Source: Iphione sp. A-MEVVRFRX5
Lineage: Eukaryota
Length of the DNA stretch: 64,000 nt
Direction: 5' to 3'
Assembly: GCA_976226885.1 (NCBI GenBank)
Contig: OZ320313.1
Coordinates: forward strand, 73,594,001 to 73,658,000
Below are positions 12,077-23,947 of this stretch, piece by piece. Under the pieces are notes generated by a model. It did no database searches. It saw nothing but the letters and a program-made list of their open reading frames with translations, and was not told where the DNA came from. A program made the position numbers and the translations under genes. Within the stretch, counting starts at the first letter, position 1. Every line of letters starts with the position of its first letter.

Positions 12077-12323
12077 TTTGAGCAGCAGGTGGGTAGAGGT
12101 GGCGTGGCGCCTGGTGCCAGGCTGGCAGCGCGCAACTGCCCCCAAGCTCCGCTTCACGCTGGCCGGTATCGTCTTCCTCCTGGCCCTGCTCAGTCTGGTA
12201 CTGACTCTCGTCCCGGTCGGTTCGGCGACGGAGCGTTGCCCGCGGGTGTACGGCTGGACTTCGGCCGGCGATCTCCTGCAGTCGCATCTCTCACTGCAGC
12301 ACAGCGGAAGGCCGCCCACTTAG
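12077..12323 (+). CDS. IRAG2: IRAG/LRMP family last exon: transmembrane helix and KASH-like luminal tail
   Basis: ttctgtctgtccacag acceptor; TLAGIVFLLALLSLVLTLVPV TM followed by ...GWTSAGDLLQSHLSLQHSGRPPT-stop (TAG at 12321-12323). Confidence 0.9.
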
Positions 12324-13806
12324 AGAGCCTTCTACACCCACCACGCCCGTTCAGTGCCCGCCCACGAACCCTAGACGGTGGCCTTAACGCTGATCAGTGA
12401 TACAGCACAGGAGAGAAATATTCCTCTGCGTGTAATCGGGTAAAGAGACCCGCCGCCCTCCGTTTACTCCTCAAAACATCTAGGAACACTGCCTTATCTA
12501 TTGTCTCTGCATGGCTCAACCATGGAGATAGGTCTTTTAGTTCTTCTTTGCATATCATAGTCGTGCATATAAACAATGTGACTTAAACGGTAGTGACAGG
12601 TTTGAATGTCCATCGGAAATGCCACCTGAAATGACTTGAGGTGAGAGGAAGGACGCTGATTTATAAATCTAGTCCCTATCAGGGCTGCCTTGTTCTGCAA
12701 GCGCCGCACGTCCATACGATCACGTACTTAATTCTGATCATTTCTGGTTCTGTAGCCAGTCCTTAAGAAGTTTATTGGCGAGCAGAATCTGTCGGCTCGG
12801 ACTCGTCCAGGAAGTGCATGTGGCTCGTCGGTAGGGATCGTCATTGTAGTCATGGTCGGAGCCCGGGAGAGTTGGCGACCGTGTCGGTGATGTTTATTCT
12901 GTATATATACAGACTGTGATCAGTGCCGCCTTACTTTTAGCGGACTCCTACAAGCAGTTGGCGACCAGGTCTAAACTGACCGGCGACCAACGGCAAGGTG
13001 GGTTACGTATACATTGTATGTCGGGAATCTAGTTTTGGGGAAATCTTTCCTGTATTGATTTTATACCGTTTCTTTTCTTTTCGTTGTTTCGGGAAAAAAT
13101 ATTGATGAAACAGTTGTCTCTGTACAAAGTTTGCTGTAATATCTTGTAAATAACCTTCTTTTGGTGTTCTGTATTCCTCGTTCATGTATATAAAACCAAC
13201 TAATTTCGTCAATAGTGAGGGAGATTAAGTCGGTCTGCGAATGGTATGTATCCAGTAAAAGGGAGGACATCCCGAAGAAAACTCTTGCATCAAAGAATAC
13301 ACTAGGGTTAATTATCTTTCACATGGTGTATGCAATATTTATCATAATTGGAGCCCCAAGTCAAATTGGAATATTTTAAAAGGCTCTGATATTATTAGTT
13401 GTATTCAGTCCACCATACACCACTGCCATCTACTGACGGACACCTAGATAAGGCAGGCCAGCAACCAAAGCGTCTTCCCTCAGTCAGCTGAATACCGATT
13501 CGTGTCCAAAATGGTCTACAATGAAACAGCCTGCAGTTCACAGTTTTGAACAATGTCATTCCTACCGGAGAGGATATGATTTTAAGTTTAAAGGTACAAA
13601 AAAAGCATATTCTATACAAATTCGGCATATGGTTTGATCGCAAACCATGAGCTATTTGAAATGACCCAATGACAATTCATTGGTACTAGTAGATTTTAGT
13701 CTTTACCAATTCCGTCAAAAATTAGTTGGTGAGTCTATAAGAAGCATACTTTTACGCAAAGGAATTATTTTCTTCGTTGAGTACATAATATAACAATACA
13801 CCAGTG

Positions 13807-13812
13807 AATAAA
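13807..13812 (+). terminator. Candidate polyadenylation signal of the IRAG/LRMP gene
   Basis: AATAAA about 1.5 kb downstream of the stop codon. Confidence 0.4.
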
Positions 13813-14694
13813 GATCATAAAGAACAGAAACGTGGTCACCTTTGAGTGTCCTGCGCTTTCGCCTTGTCAGTAGTAGTCTACGCTCGTCCAGTCTTCGTCC
13901 TGAGATCTGTATCCATGTGTCAAAATACTGCCGGTTGACGTCCAGGATGGAGATGCTTGACAGTTGCTCGCGCTACTACATGTATACGTATGTGACGAAC
14001 ATGCATTGTTCTGGGATGATCAAAAGTCTTGTAATAAAACTGTGCATACTTAAAAAAAGGATTTTGTTTGCTTTTGTGGTGAGGCCACATATGCTTGGTT
14101 TATGTGCCATTACATACTTTATACATTCATTGGATTCAGGCCTTCATCCTTTTTGTCCCCTGCCTCATACAGGGTTCCCACAGCACAGGGAAAACAGGGA
14201 AAATGGCCCAAAAAAATTCCCTGTCCAGGAAAACACAGGGAATTTGGAAATTTGGGGCAAACACAGGGAAAACACAGGGAAAAAAATTTTGAAAATTCAT
14301 TTTTAAAAATCAAAAAATTTTTAAACATCATTAGTTAGAAAATCATCCATATGTAATCAAATAGTAAGAAATACTTCATGGCAGTCATAAACATTAACTG
14401 CTTATATTTTCAATGGAGGTCATATCTGCACTGGAAGTGGAGATCAGCAGATAAGATGACCTCCATTAGTGGAGCCAGGAAAACCTGAAAAAGGGGGAGG
14501 AGCCTATTCTTTGAAGTTAGAGCCGGTTTGGAGGCTGGGCCTCCAAGTACGACTAAGAAAAAGTGATGTCATGTTGCACAATCCCCCTTTTCCCCCTATA
14601 GCTGGAGGGAACTGTGAGACTCAGTGTTATATCATGTTGCACAAGCCCCCCTCCTGCAGGGGAGATGGCCAGAGCAGGAGGGAACTGGTGGGGC

Positions 14695-14900
14695 TCCCAG
14701 GCCGCCCGCCGAGGCTCCCGGCCGCCCGCCATGGCTCCCTGGCTGCCCCCCGTGCTTCCCCGGCCACCCGCCGTGGCTCCCTGGCTGCATGTCGTCGGTC
14801 CCCGGCCGCCCGCCGTCGGTCCCCGGCCGCCCGCCATCGGTCCCCGGCCGGCCCCCCTCACTCCTCCTCCTCCTCCTCCTCCCCTCCTCCTCCCCCTCCT
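14695..14900. repeat. GC-rich 20-21-bp minisatellite followed by (CCT)n
   Basis: Repeats of CCCCGGCCGCCCGCC(G/A)TCGGT-like units, then ctcctcctcc. Confidence 0.85.
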
Positions 14901-15580
14901 GTCCTTCTATGTGCAATAGTTTCCCAGTTATCACAGTTTTTCTTTGCCCACCTCTTGAATGTCCTTCTATGTGAAATAGTTTCCCAGTTATGACAGTTTT
15001 TCTCTATACCCACCTCTTGACTATGTCACCTGATGCCACCTCAATCATCTGCGTCATTTGGTCGTTAGTATTTTGGTTCAGGTCCTGTCATTCTATGTGC
15101 AATAGTTTCCCAGTTATGACAGTTTTTCTCTCTACCCACCTTTTGACTAGGTCACCTGTTGCAGCCTCTTTCACCTGCGTCATTTGGTCGGTAGCATTTT
15201 GGTTCAAGTCCTAACAGTTTTTCTCTTTACTCACCTTTTGACTAGGTCACCTGTTGCTGCCTCTATCACCTGCATCATTTGGTCGATAGCATTTTGGTTC
15301 AAGTCGTGTCCTTCTATGTACAATAGTTTCCCAGTTATGACAGTTTTTCACTCTACCCACCTTTTGACTAGGTCACCTGTTGCCACCTCTATTACTTGCG
15401 TAATCAGATCGGTAGCATTTTGGTTCAAGTCATGTCCTTCTATGTGCAATAGTTTCCCAGTTATGACAGTTTTTCTCTTTACCCACCTCTTGACTAGGTC
15501 ACCTGTTACCACCTCTTTTACTTGTGTCATTTGGTCAGTAGCATTTTGGTTCAACTCCTGTCCTTCTATGTGCAATAGTT
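14901..15580. repeat. 126-bp tandem repeat array, about 5.5 units
   Basis: Unit start GTCCTTCTATGTGCAATAG at 14961, 15087, 15308, 15434 and 15560 (126-bp period; one unit lacks about 31 bp); partial unit at 14901. Confidence 0.9.
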
Positions 15581-15613
15581 GCTAAGTTATTATGGTTTTT
15601 CCCTTTCCCTTCC

Positions 15614-16048
15614 CACTCTATGTTCATATTCTCCAATATGTTCATACTCACACTTGTGTTCTCATTCATATTCCTGCTCTCTTCATGTTCTTACTGATAC
15701 TCATGTTCTCAATCTTATTCTTAGTTATATTCTCACTCACATTCATGCTCTCATTCATACTTTTGCTCTCTTCATGAACATGAGTAAGAGCATGAGTGAG
15801 AACATGAGTGAGAGTATGAATGAAACCATAAGTATCAGTGAGAACATGAAGAGAGCACAGGTGTTAATGAGAACATGAATATGAGTGAGAACATAACAGA
15901 GTATGTATGTGCGAGTATGAGTGTGAGTGAGAACATAACTAAGAATAAGATTGAGAACATGAGTATCAGTAAGAACATGAAGAGAGCAGGAATATGAATG
16001 AGAACACAAGTGTGAGTAAGAACATATTGGAGAATATGAACATAGAGT
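15614..16048. repeat. Long inverted repeat (about 128-bp arms) built from TCTCAT/ATGAGA-like simple repeats
   Basis: 15614-15741 is the reverse complement of about 15921-16048 with 2 mismatches. Confidence 0.9.
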
Positions 16049-19000
16049 GACCCAGTCAAAAGGTGGGTAAAGAGAAAAAACTGTGATAACTTAGAGACTA
16101 TTGTACATAGAAGGATGGGACTTCAACTAGAATGGTCTAGGGCAATGGATACAGCTGATAGGGGGTTGTCAGGATGACCTGGTGTATGCACATGAAAAGA
16201 GAAAAACTATAATATCTTGACAACTATTAATTCACATGTACCATTTTAACATTATAGAGGAAGAATATAACCTCCATTTGCAGCCCTGGCTGCACCTGTT
16301 ACTTGTCCTTTGACATATTATATACTAGAGAACAACAAACTTGGATTATAATTTGATAACTCAATGTCCTGTTATGTAAAATTGTACAGAAACAAACACA
16401 GGGAAAACTACCATGACACAGGGAAAACTCAGGGAAAACACAGGGAATTTGAAAATGAAATTTGAGTGGGAACCCTGCTCATAGAGAGGCGGGAACCTTA
16501 GGAATACTTCTGTCTGACTGTCTGACCTTCCGCCCCACTCTTGCAGGTCTTATAACTCTAAAACCCTTCTGTCAAATGAACCGATTTGATAACTGGCTAT
16601 TTTTGGTAGTAATGCAAGTATTAAAAAGGAGAAAATATGTCAGTTTACTCTTCTACAAATATACCCACAAACATACATAGCTTATTTGGAGATTTCTAAG
16701 CACTCACATGCACACACACACTCACCAATACCCCCTTGTGCCAGTGGTACCACCTTGTAGCAATCTGAGCAAGGGAGGTGCTATCAAGCATGAAATAACC
16801 ACTTGACAACCGAGGACAATAGACCTTGCAGATCCATACTCTTGTAATCTGCCTCAAAGGATGGGTTGGTAGGGGGGCTAGGAATGTTGCAGTCTCTGAC
16901 ATATGGACATGTTCATGCGATTGGGTGCATTAATGTGAGTGCGACACTGAATTTCACCAACTGTTTTACATGTACCAGATCACAATGCTTACAGATGTGT
17001 TTGCGTGAGGTAAACTTGTCCAGGACGTGTTTTAATGCAAACACATGCATAATCCTATGAATTTCTACAGTATACATCATCAACCTGTGCGTCTATATAG
17101 CTCATTAGTCATGTACTCTCCCCCCAAAGTAATGCAAAATGCAATGTTTGCCATGAAAATCAACATGTACATGTATGTGTAAAACCCACCTTAGCCATCA
17201 TAGACTAACTCAGGCAGAACTAGGCAGAGTGAGTTTGGTTAAATGGCAGGACTATAGGCTTCTCAGGCCGTTTTCTTGTCTTTAAAGAAGTTTATATAAA
17301 AGTCAAGTGCCATGTCTTCTACCTTGCACATTAGCTTTTGGGCCCCAAAAGGAACGCCTTTTCTTGACAATCTGGTAAAACTATTTATTTGTACATGTAG
17401 TTCTAACTATTGCCCTCTGCCATTGAAGATTCCAGAGCAGGTTAAGTTGAAGACAAAATATTTATTTTAGAGAGAGATACAAAAGGCAGCTGGTGGGTCC
17501 TCTGCAAAAAAACGTTATGTACACACTCAGAATCCTTCTGCAACAACAAACCCCCCCAGAAACACAATCCCCTCCACCCCTTCACTAAATCTTGACAAGG
17601 GCTCTGTCATATGATAGAGAATATCTAGTTCCTGGTTAAAATACAATGAAATGAATTAAAATTACCTTCCTCTTACCCCTCTGTGACTGTCTTGGTGCCC
17701 CTCCCTGATAAAACTGCCCCTACCTCATAAGAACTCTTCCTGAGTAACACTTTAAGCCTCCACAACTTCTATCGTGATGGAATCTCTAATAACACTAACT
17801 TCAAAATCAAAGTTGTCAATACTTAATTCAACAGGTACTGGGGCCTTGTGATGGAACCACACAGATAATCCTACTGCATCTGCACTGTAGAGTTCCCAAT
17901 TTACGTTCAGGGTATGTCAGGCTGAGATCATAAGCCTCCCCCTCAGCACACTACTCATCCACATCGCTCACTAGATCATATGCTCCACCCTCGGGGGGAT
18001 TACAGTCATATGTTAACAGCTGAGCGGAGGCTGATCAGGCCCATGTTTGACTGACCAGTTGAGCTGATTGAGGCCAGGAACTAGCCTCCTCAGACGCAGC
18101 TTGACATCATCACTGTGAAGACTACAGGGGGTCCAGCCTGGCCTCCCCCTCTGTATGTGCTCCTGTAGTGGGGGCTACAACCACTCCTTGATGTGGGGAG
18201 GTGCCGACCTGGACACCTCCCCGTCTTTGCCCCCTCCTGGTCATAGGAGGAGCCCCCGCTGGGCCGCCGCGCTAAGGAGTTGGCCTGGCACCCTTCCCAT
18301 CTTCACCCTTTCCCACTTATGGGGAAGATTCCACCACCACTGCCTCATTACAAAGGGAAGCCAACCTGCGCCCTCCGCCCTCTCCTTGATGCATTAGAGG
18401 GGAGACCAGCATGGTCTCCCCACCAACGTGTCCTGCCTCTACCCCAGGCAGCCGCCCACATAGATCGAGATGGGGAGAGGCCAGCCTGGTACCCTCCCTG
18501 CCTTCATCCTCCTCCACTTGGGTGGGAGGCATTGCCACTGCTATTTTTATGTGGAGGGAGGGCCGGCCCTCCACCTTCTTTCTGGGGAGAGAAGAGGGGA
18601 GCCGACTGGGCTCAACTGCCCTCCCCCTCCTCCATAGTCAATCCATCACCCTCAGGTGGAGTACCCACAGTTGCCTTGACATGGAGACTGGCAGGCCTAG
18701 CCAACCCTCAGCCTTCTTTCTGGGAGAGGAGGGGAACCAATGAGGCTCGGCCAACCCTCCCCCCTCCACAGGTAGTCCATCGTCCCCTGTTGGAGAGTCA
18801 GCATTGGGGGGGTGGCAGCCTCCCCATCCCTCCAGCTTCCCTCATTGAAAACCTCAGAAGTCTGACCACTGGTCGTCAAAGACCTCTTCCTGGGTACATC
18901 GGCTATCGAGCTGGCACTCACCTTGGTCTAGCTGCCTCTGGAACTACGGGTCTGGACCACTGCCACCACAGTGCTTGCCCCTGCTGCTGTCAGCCCTAGG

Positions 19001-20500
19001 GTAGCTGGGGCCACTGCTGGGCCTCCCAATCAAGTACACCTCCTGAGGAGGGCCCTTCTTCCTCCTTCTCACTTTCCCCTATGGATACTTCCTGCACAAT
19101 CTGGGTCAGGGTCTTCCTTGCTGCCCTGGGTAGAGGTGCCTTTCCCAGCAAAAGGGAGGTTCCTGTGACTTCCAACTTCCCTGGAATCTAATGGGTGGCA
19201 GGGAAACATGACTGGGCTGGGAGTTCCTCCTAGGTTGCAGTGTCGTCTCCCTCCTCTGACCTCATTGGCTCAGCCCTGGGCAGAGGCTCAGGGCACACCT
19301 GGAGGATCTAGAAACCCTCAACCTTGAAGAATTGGGAGATACTGCTTCTTGGCCTGCTGTCGGAGTTTTGTAGAGCCTCCCTCTGCCTCATGCTGGTGAG
19401 TCTCAAGGTGCCATCATAAATCTGACCTGCCGGTATGTGAATGTACCTCACCCAGTTATCTTTCCTGTCACAGTGCCAAACTTTCCTCAATCATGGCATC
19501 TTGGCGACTTGAAGTGAAGAGTGGTGAAGCCCTCAAGCCAGTGCTGCTTTTATATGCTGACTTTCGCGGAGGACCTTTGTGACTGCCTCTGCCTCCGTCT
19601 ATTGGCTGAGGGTTCCTACCTCATGCAGGCCACTGTAATGGTCACTGTCAGTGGTTCACCCTCCGCCACCTCAATCATAGAAGTTCCCAGTCCTGGCTTG
19701 AGCAAATCCGCGTGCACAACTTGCTCTTGTCTACCCTTCTTGATCCTGTAGATAGCCAGGGAGAGGGCTTCCTGAACAGCCTAGGGACTTCCCATAAAGT
19801 ACTGAAGTTTGGAGGGCAACCCCATCATCTTCACCGGATGAAACACATAGACCACTTCCCCAGGCCGGTTTTCAGCATGATGCTCTTGTTGGTAAGACTA
19901 GTCTGTCTGCCTCCAAATGCTCTTCAGCACCCTCATGAAGGTTACCATGTAGGCCTTCCTCATTCATTCTTTCACTTGCACTGCATACTTTTCGTTGGTC
20001 TTCCGGTCTGGGCCCTCCATACACCGTCTCTAAAGGGATGGTCAGTTCTCATTGGAACATCAGTAAGTTGGGGGTGTAGCTTGTGAACTTATGTGGGGTT
20101 GCCTGATAGGCTGCAGTGACAAATGCCATGTGGAGGTCCCAGTCCTCTTGCTCCTCCACTACGGTGGTGGCAAGCATGTGCTATAATATCCTATTGAATT
20201 TCTCCACCTGCCCATTGGCCTGGGGGTGATACGGGGTGGTCCATGTCTTCTCTATGCCACATAAGTGCAGTAGCTCCGCCACCAGCCTGGATTTGAAATG
20301 TCAACCTTGGTCACTGTCGATTACTCAGAGCAGCCCGTAACAACAAATGAGTTCCTATATGAAGATGGCTGCCATGTCCTCCACTGTCAGGGACCTCACT
20401 AGGAATGCCTGGGTCCATTTAGTAAAGTGATCACTTATTACCAACATATATTTTGCTCCCCTTGCTGTGCATGAGAAGGGGCCCAGAATATCCACTGCAT

Positions 20501-20840
20501 TTGACTCATTGCTATACTATCACATAGCCACACCCACCCATCACACTGTGGCAGTCATTTTTTCATTACGGTCATGTACAATGTTCAAAATTTTTAAAAA
20601 AGGTGTCTTGTTACAGTGTCAGTAAACTGCACGTTCACATATGTTTTGAAAATAAATATAGATACTGCATCATGTTCTCAGATTTACATAACCACGTAAT
20701 GACATAACAGTCATAATTTTAATACGTTGTCTGCGTGGATTGGTTACACCAATTACATGACAAAATGGCATCATTGGCTATGGAACACTTTGATTGACAG
20801 ACTGTAAAACATGCTGTCCTGTCACACAGCAATGCATCAA
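20501..20840. mobile_element. AT-rich insertion of about 340 bp with imperfect 13-bp TIR, interrupting the Gypsy-1 integrase
   Basis: TTGACTCATTGCT ... AGCAATGCATCAA. Removing it rejoins integrase PWER-AVDILGPF. TSD ambiguous. Confidence 0.6.
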
Positions 20841-23800
20841 TTCGTTCCCAGGCCTCCTGGCATCCTCCTCTGCAAGGATGTCCTCCACCGCCCAATAACA
20901 GTGCCCTGGCTTACTCAGTGCCAGGCTGGCATATGCTAGCACTCCCTGCCTCTCCCTAAGAGAGCACAGCCCCGAGTCATTCAGCAGAGGCGTCTGTGTC
21001 CATAATCAGCTGTCCCTCTGGAATGAGATACCCTAATATGGATGTGGTGGTTAGGCATGTGCACAAATCTTCGAGGGCTCTCTGCTGGTCAGGTCCCCAT
21101 TGGAATGCCATCTTCTTATTGAGTAGCCAATGCAGGGCTTCCACCCTCCTGGCAAAGTTCTGTATAAAGGACCGGTACAATGAGGATAATCCTAAGAATC
21201 TATGGAAATCCTTGAGATTTGAGGGCAGTGGCCATTCCAGCACAGCCCACACCTTTTCCAGCTCTGGACACACAGAGTTTACACTCACCACATGGCCCAG
21301 GTAGGTAACCTCCCTCTGCAATAGCTTACACCTCTCTGGCCTGATTCAAAGCCTCGAAGTCAGCACAGGACTCCCATGCAGTCTCACATTTGCTGTACCA
21401 AGCTGCCCATGACAATGACATCATCCAAGTACATGAAGCAGACCTCTCCAATCATGCCAGTGTAAACCACTTCCATTAAGCATTCAAATGTTAAGGGAGC
21501 ATTACACAAGCTGAAAGGTATCATTCGGAATTGGAATAACCCTCCTGGGGTGCATACCACTGTATTCTTCGTTCTCTTCCTTGACTCCCACCTGCCAGTA
21601 CCCAGAGACCATATTGATGACAGAAAAGAACTTTGCCCCTGCCAGAGCATCAAGAGTGTTGTCCACCTGAGGAATTGGATAGGCATCCTTACTTATTAGC
21701 CCATTTAGTTGCCTGAAGTAGATGCAAAATCGCTGCTTTCGAATCCTCTTCTTTATGAATATGACTGGTGAGGCCCAGGGACTCCACAACGGTTCCAGCA
21801 CCCCTTGCTTAACCATCTTCTGCACCTCCACCTCAACAATCTTCCTCTTATGTGGGGGGCAGACAGTGGACTTCCTGTCAGGTGGGTTCAGCGTCACCTG
21901 TTCAAATTTTGTGCTGCACGAGTTTAGTCTAGCCAACCGTCCCTCTGCAGCTGTGGAATGCACTTCCATTGGCGTGCAGGACCTCTCGTAGAGCTGTCCG
22001 ATCCTCATTGCCATAACCATCTGGAACCATGCTAATCAATTCTTCCACCACCCGTTCCTCTTCCTGGATGATCCCATCCCCACCATCTTCCTCTCCTACT
22101 TTAGTTAGGGTAGCCACCTCCGCCGCCCCCACCATGGCCCCTCTGTGCAGCCATTGTCCCTCTGCCATAGGGTTCAAGCACAGGAGCGACATCCCCCCAC
22201 TTCCCCCACCAAGGTAGGTGTAGTCCTGTCCTCATCTCAAACTTCTCCTCTGGTTCCACAATCCACCTCTCTGCTACCAATGTCACTACTGTGACAGGAA
22301 TGAAACTCCCCCATTGGCCTTTGACCTGGACATCCCTGGCTACGCTGACAATCGCTGCTGGTTACCTTGGAGGCTGAAGCTGTACTATTCCATCCACGGT
22401 GTCCACCAGTGCAGAGTGCATCCATCCCCAGGATGACCCCGAAATCCGCCTCCACGACTAGTACATGGAGAGACCACCTAACTGACTGGAATTTGACTTC
22501 AAACTCTGCTTCCCCCCCCAGCAAGGCAAAGGGTGTCCATCGGCCCTCACGATCTTCTGACCCGGCTTCTTCTTCACTGTCAACTTCCATTTCTCTGCCA
22601 TGTGGGCAGCCAAGATAGTAGATGAGGCCCATGTGTCCACCAGCCAGGTGATCTCCATTCCTTCAACCATTCCTTTCAGCATCAAAGTTCCCATGTGCAG
22701 GTCCACCACTCCTCTTAGTGTCAATGAGCCTCCCTCCACCGATTCAGTCATCCCTGGGTCTTCCTCTGCTAATGAACTTCTGGGGATGAATGTCTCTGCT
22801 GTCTATCTGTCTCCCCTTACTGGGAGGATAGCAAGGCATTTTCTGCTGGACAGTCCCTCTTGAACTGCCCTTATTTACCACAATGGAAGCATCCAGTTTT
22901 CTCTCCTTTTGGCCCTCTTCCTTTCTTCTACTTTCCCTCGAGCTGCTTGATCTTCTCTGCCAACTGAAGCAACAACTCCTCTGTCAAGTTGGGTTTCACC
23001 TCTGGGGCTCCCTCCTTCATGCCCTCTGTCACCACCATATGGCAGTTTGCCCTGGCACCTTCACCTCCTTGGCTGCTGGCCTCCCTCCCATCCCTGTTAT
23101 TGTAATAAGCCTATGTGAAAGCAGTCTCTGACATGACAGCTCAGAACCCATCAACATGCTTCTGCATGATCCACTTCCTCACCCACTCCTCTTGCACTGC
23201 CTGGACAAAGCTTTCCTGGCAGAGGGCATCGGCCCAACACCCCTTGACTCCCGGGTAAGCGTCAATTTTGTTCACTAGCTGAGGCAGGTCTTACCCAGAC
23301 TTTTGATGGTACATCTTCAACTGTTCCTTAAACAAATCAACACGGCCTGGAGACTGAAATCTGTCAGCCTCATGGTGGTTCTTGGGGGCCCCCTCAGATA
23401 TACACCTAACTGCACTGCCTTCTCCTTTTCACTCCAGCTATTGGCCATCGATACCAAGTGGAAATGATGGAGGTAGTCCTCCCAATCCTTGGACCGTCTG
23501 ACGGGCACCTATCTCTGTGGTGGCAATCCCTTCTGTGGGTGCCACAGTGTTCTCCAGCATACCATCCTCCTCCACATCTGAATCACTACGATCAACAGTT
23601 GCAACCACCTATGTGGACACCTTCACAGGATCCCCTGTATTCTGAGGCTCCTCTATGGAGGGGGGCTGCCTGGCCCCAGGCTCCTGTGGCTGTCCTGGGG
23701 AATCAGCCTCCCACACCCCCTGGCCCCCATCCCAAGGCCAGAAGGGGGTCCTTCAAGGACAGTCCTGCCCTCGCTCCCACTGCCCTTTGGGGATTCCCCC

Positions 23801-23929
23801 CCAGGTGCTCTTCTGCTGCTCATTATGATCCTCTGACCTAATGGCCCTTCCTCCATGGGTTGGGCATCCAACACGGGGGAATTAGGAGTCATGGTAGCAG
23901 TAGTGGTTGGCTCTCAGTCTTGCTGCCAG

Positions 23930-23947
23930 ATCCCACTTCTGACACTA
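23930..23947 (-). other. Primer-binding site of Gypsy 1, tRNA-Leu(CAA)-type
   Basis: Plus strand ATCCCACTTCTGACACTA matches the recalled tRNA-Leu(CAA) 3' end ATCCCACTTCTGACACCA at 17/18; adjacent to the LTR terminus. Confidence 0.75.

Larger units (their letters stand above)
14170..16477 (+). mobile_element. Non-autonomous DNA transposon (hAT-like CAGGG termini), 2308 bp, with internal tandem and inverted repeats
   Basis: Perfect 12-bp TIR CAGGGTTCCCAC/GTGGGAACCCTG; 6-bp direct repeat CTCATA at 14164-14169 and 16478-16483; repeated CAGGGAAAA subterminal motifs; no transposase. Confidence 0.85.

Noticed and set aside
10368-12323. Initial reading as a small coiled-coil TM gene such as CCDC167
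   Set aside because: Upstream exons with IRAG motifs and the KASH-like tail fit IRAG/LRMP far better.
14961-15580. Regular repeats resembling a CRISPR array
   Set aside because: Whole 126-bp units are repeated with no unique spacers, the context is eukaryotic and there are no cas genes.
14095-16059. Many ORFs of 60-174 aa (Pro/Gly-rich, repetitive or hydrophobic)
   Set aside because: Translations of minisatellite, tandem and simple repeats within the DNA element.
18280-18999. 239-aa plus-strand ORF, the longest in the track
   Set aside because: Low-complexity Pro-rich antisense frame in the GC-rich 3' region of Gypsy 1; no domain or splice support.
23930-23947. tRNA-like 18-mers (also 43641 and 58913) as tRNA genes
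   Set aside because: Only the 3' ends are present, directly beside LTRs; they are primer-binding sites.
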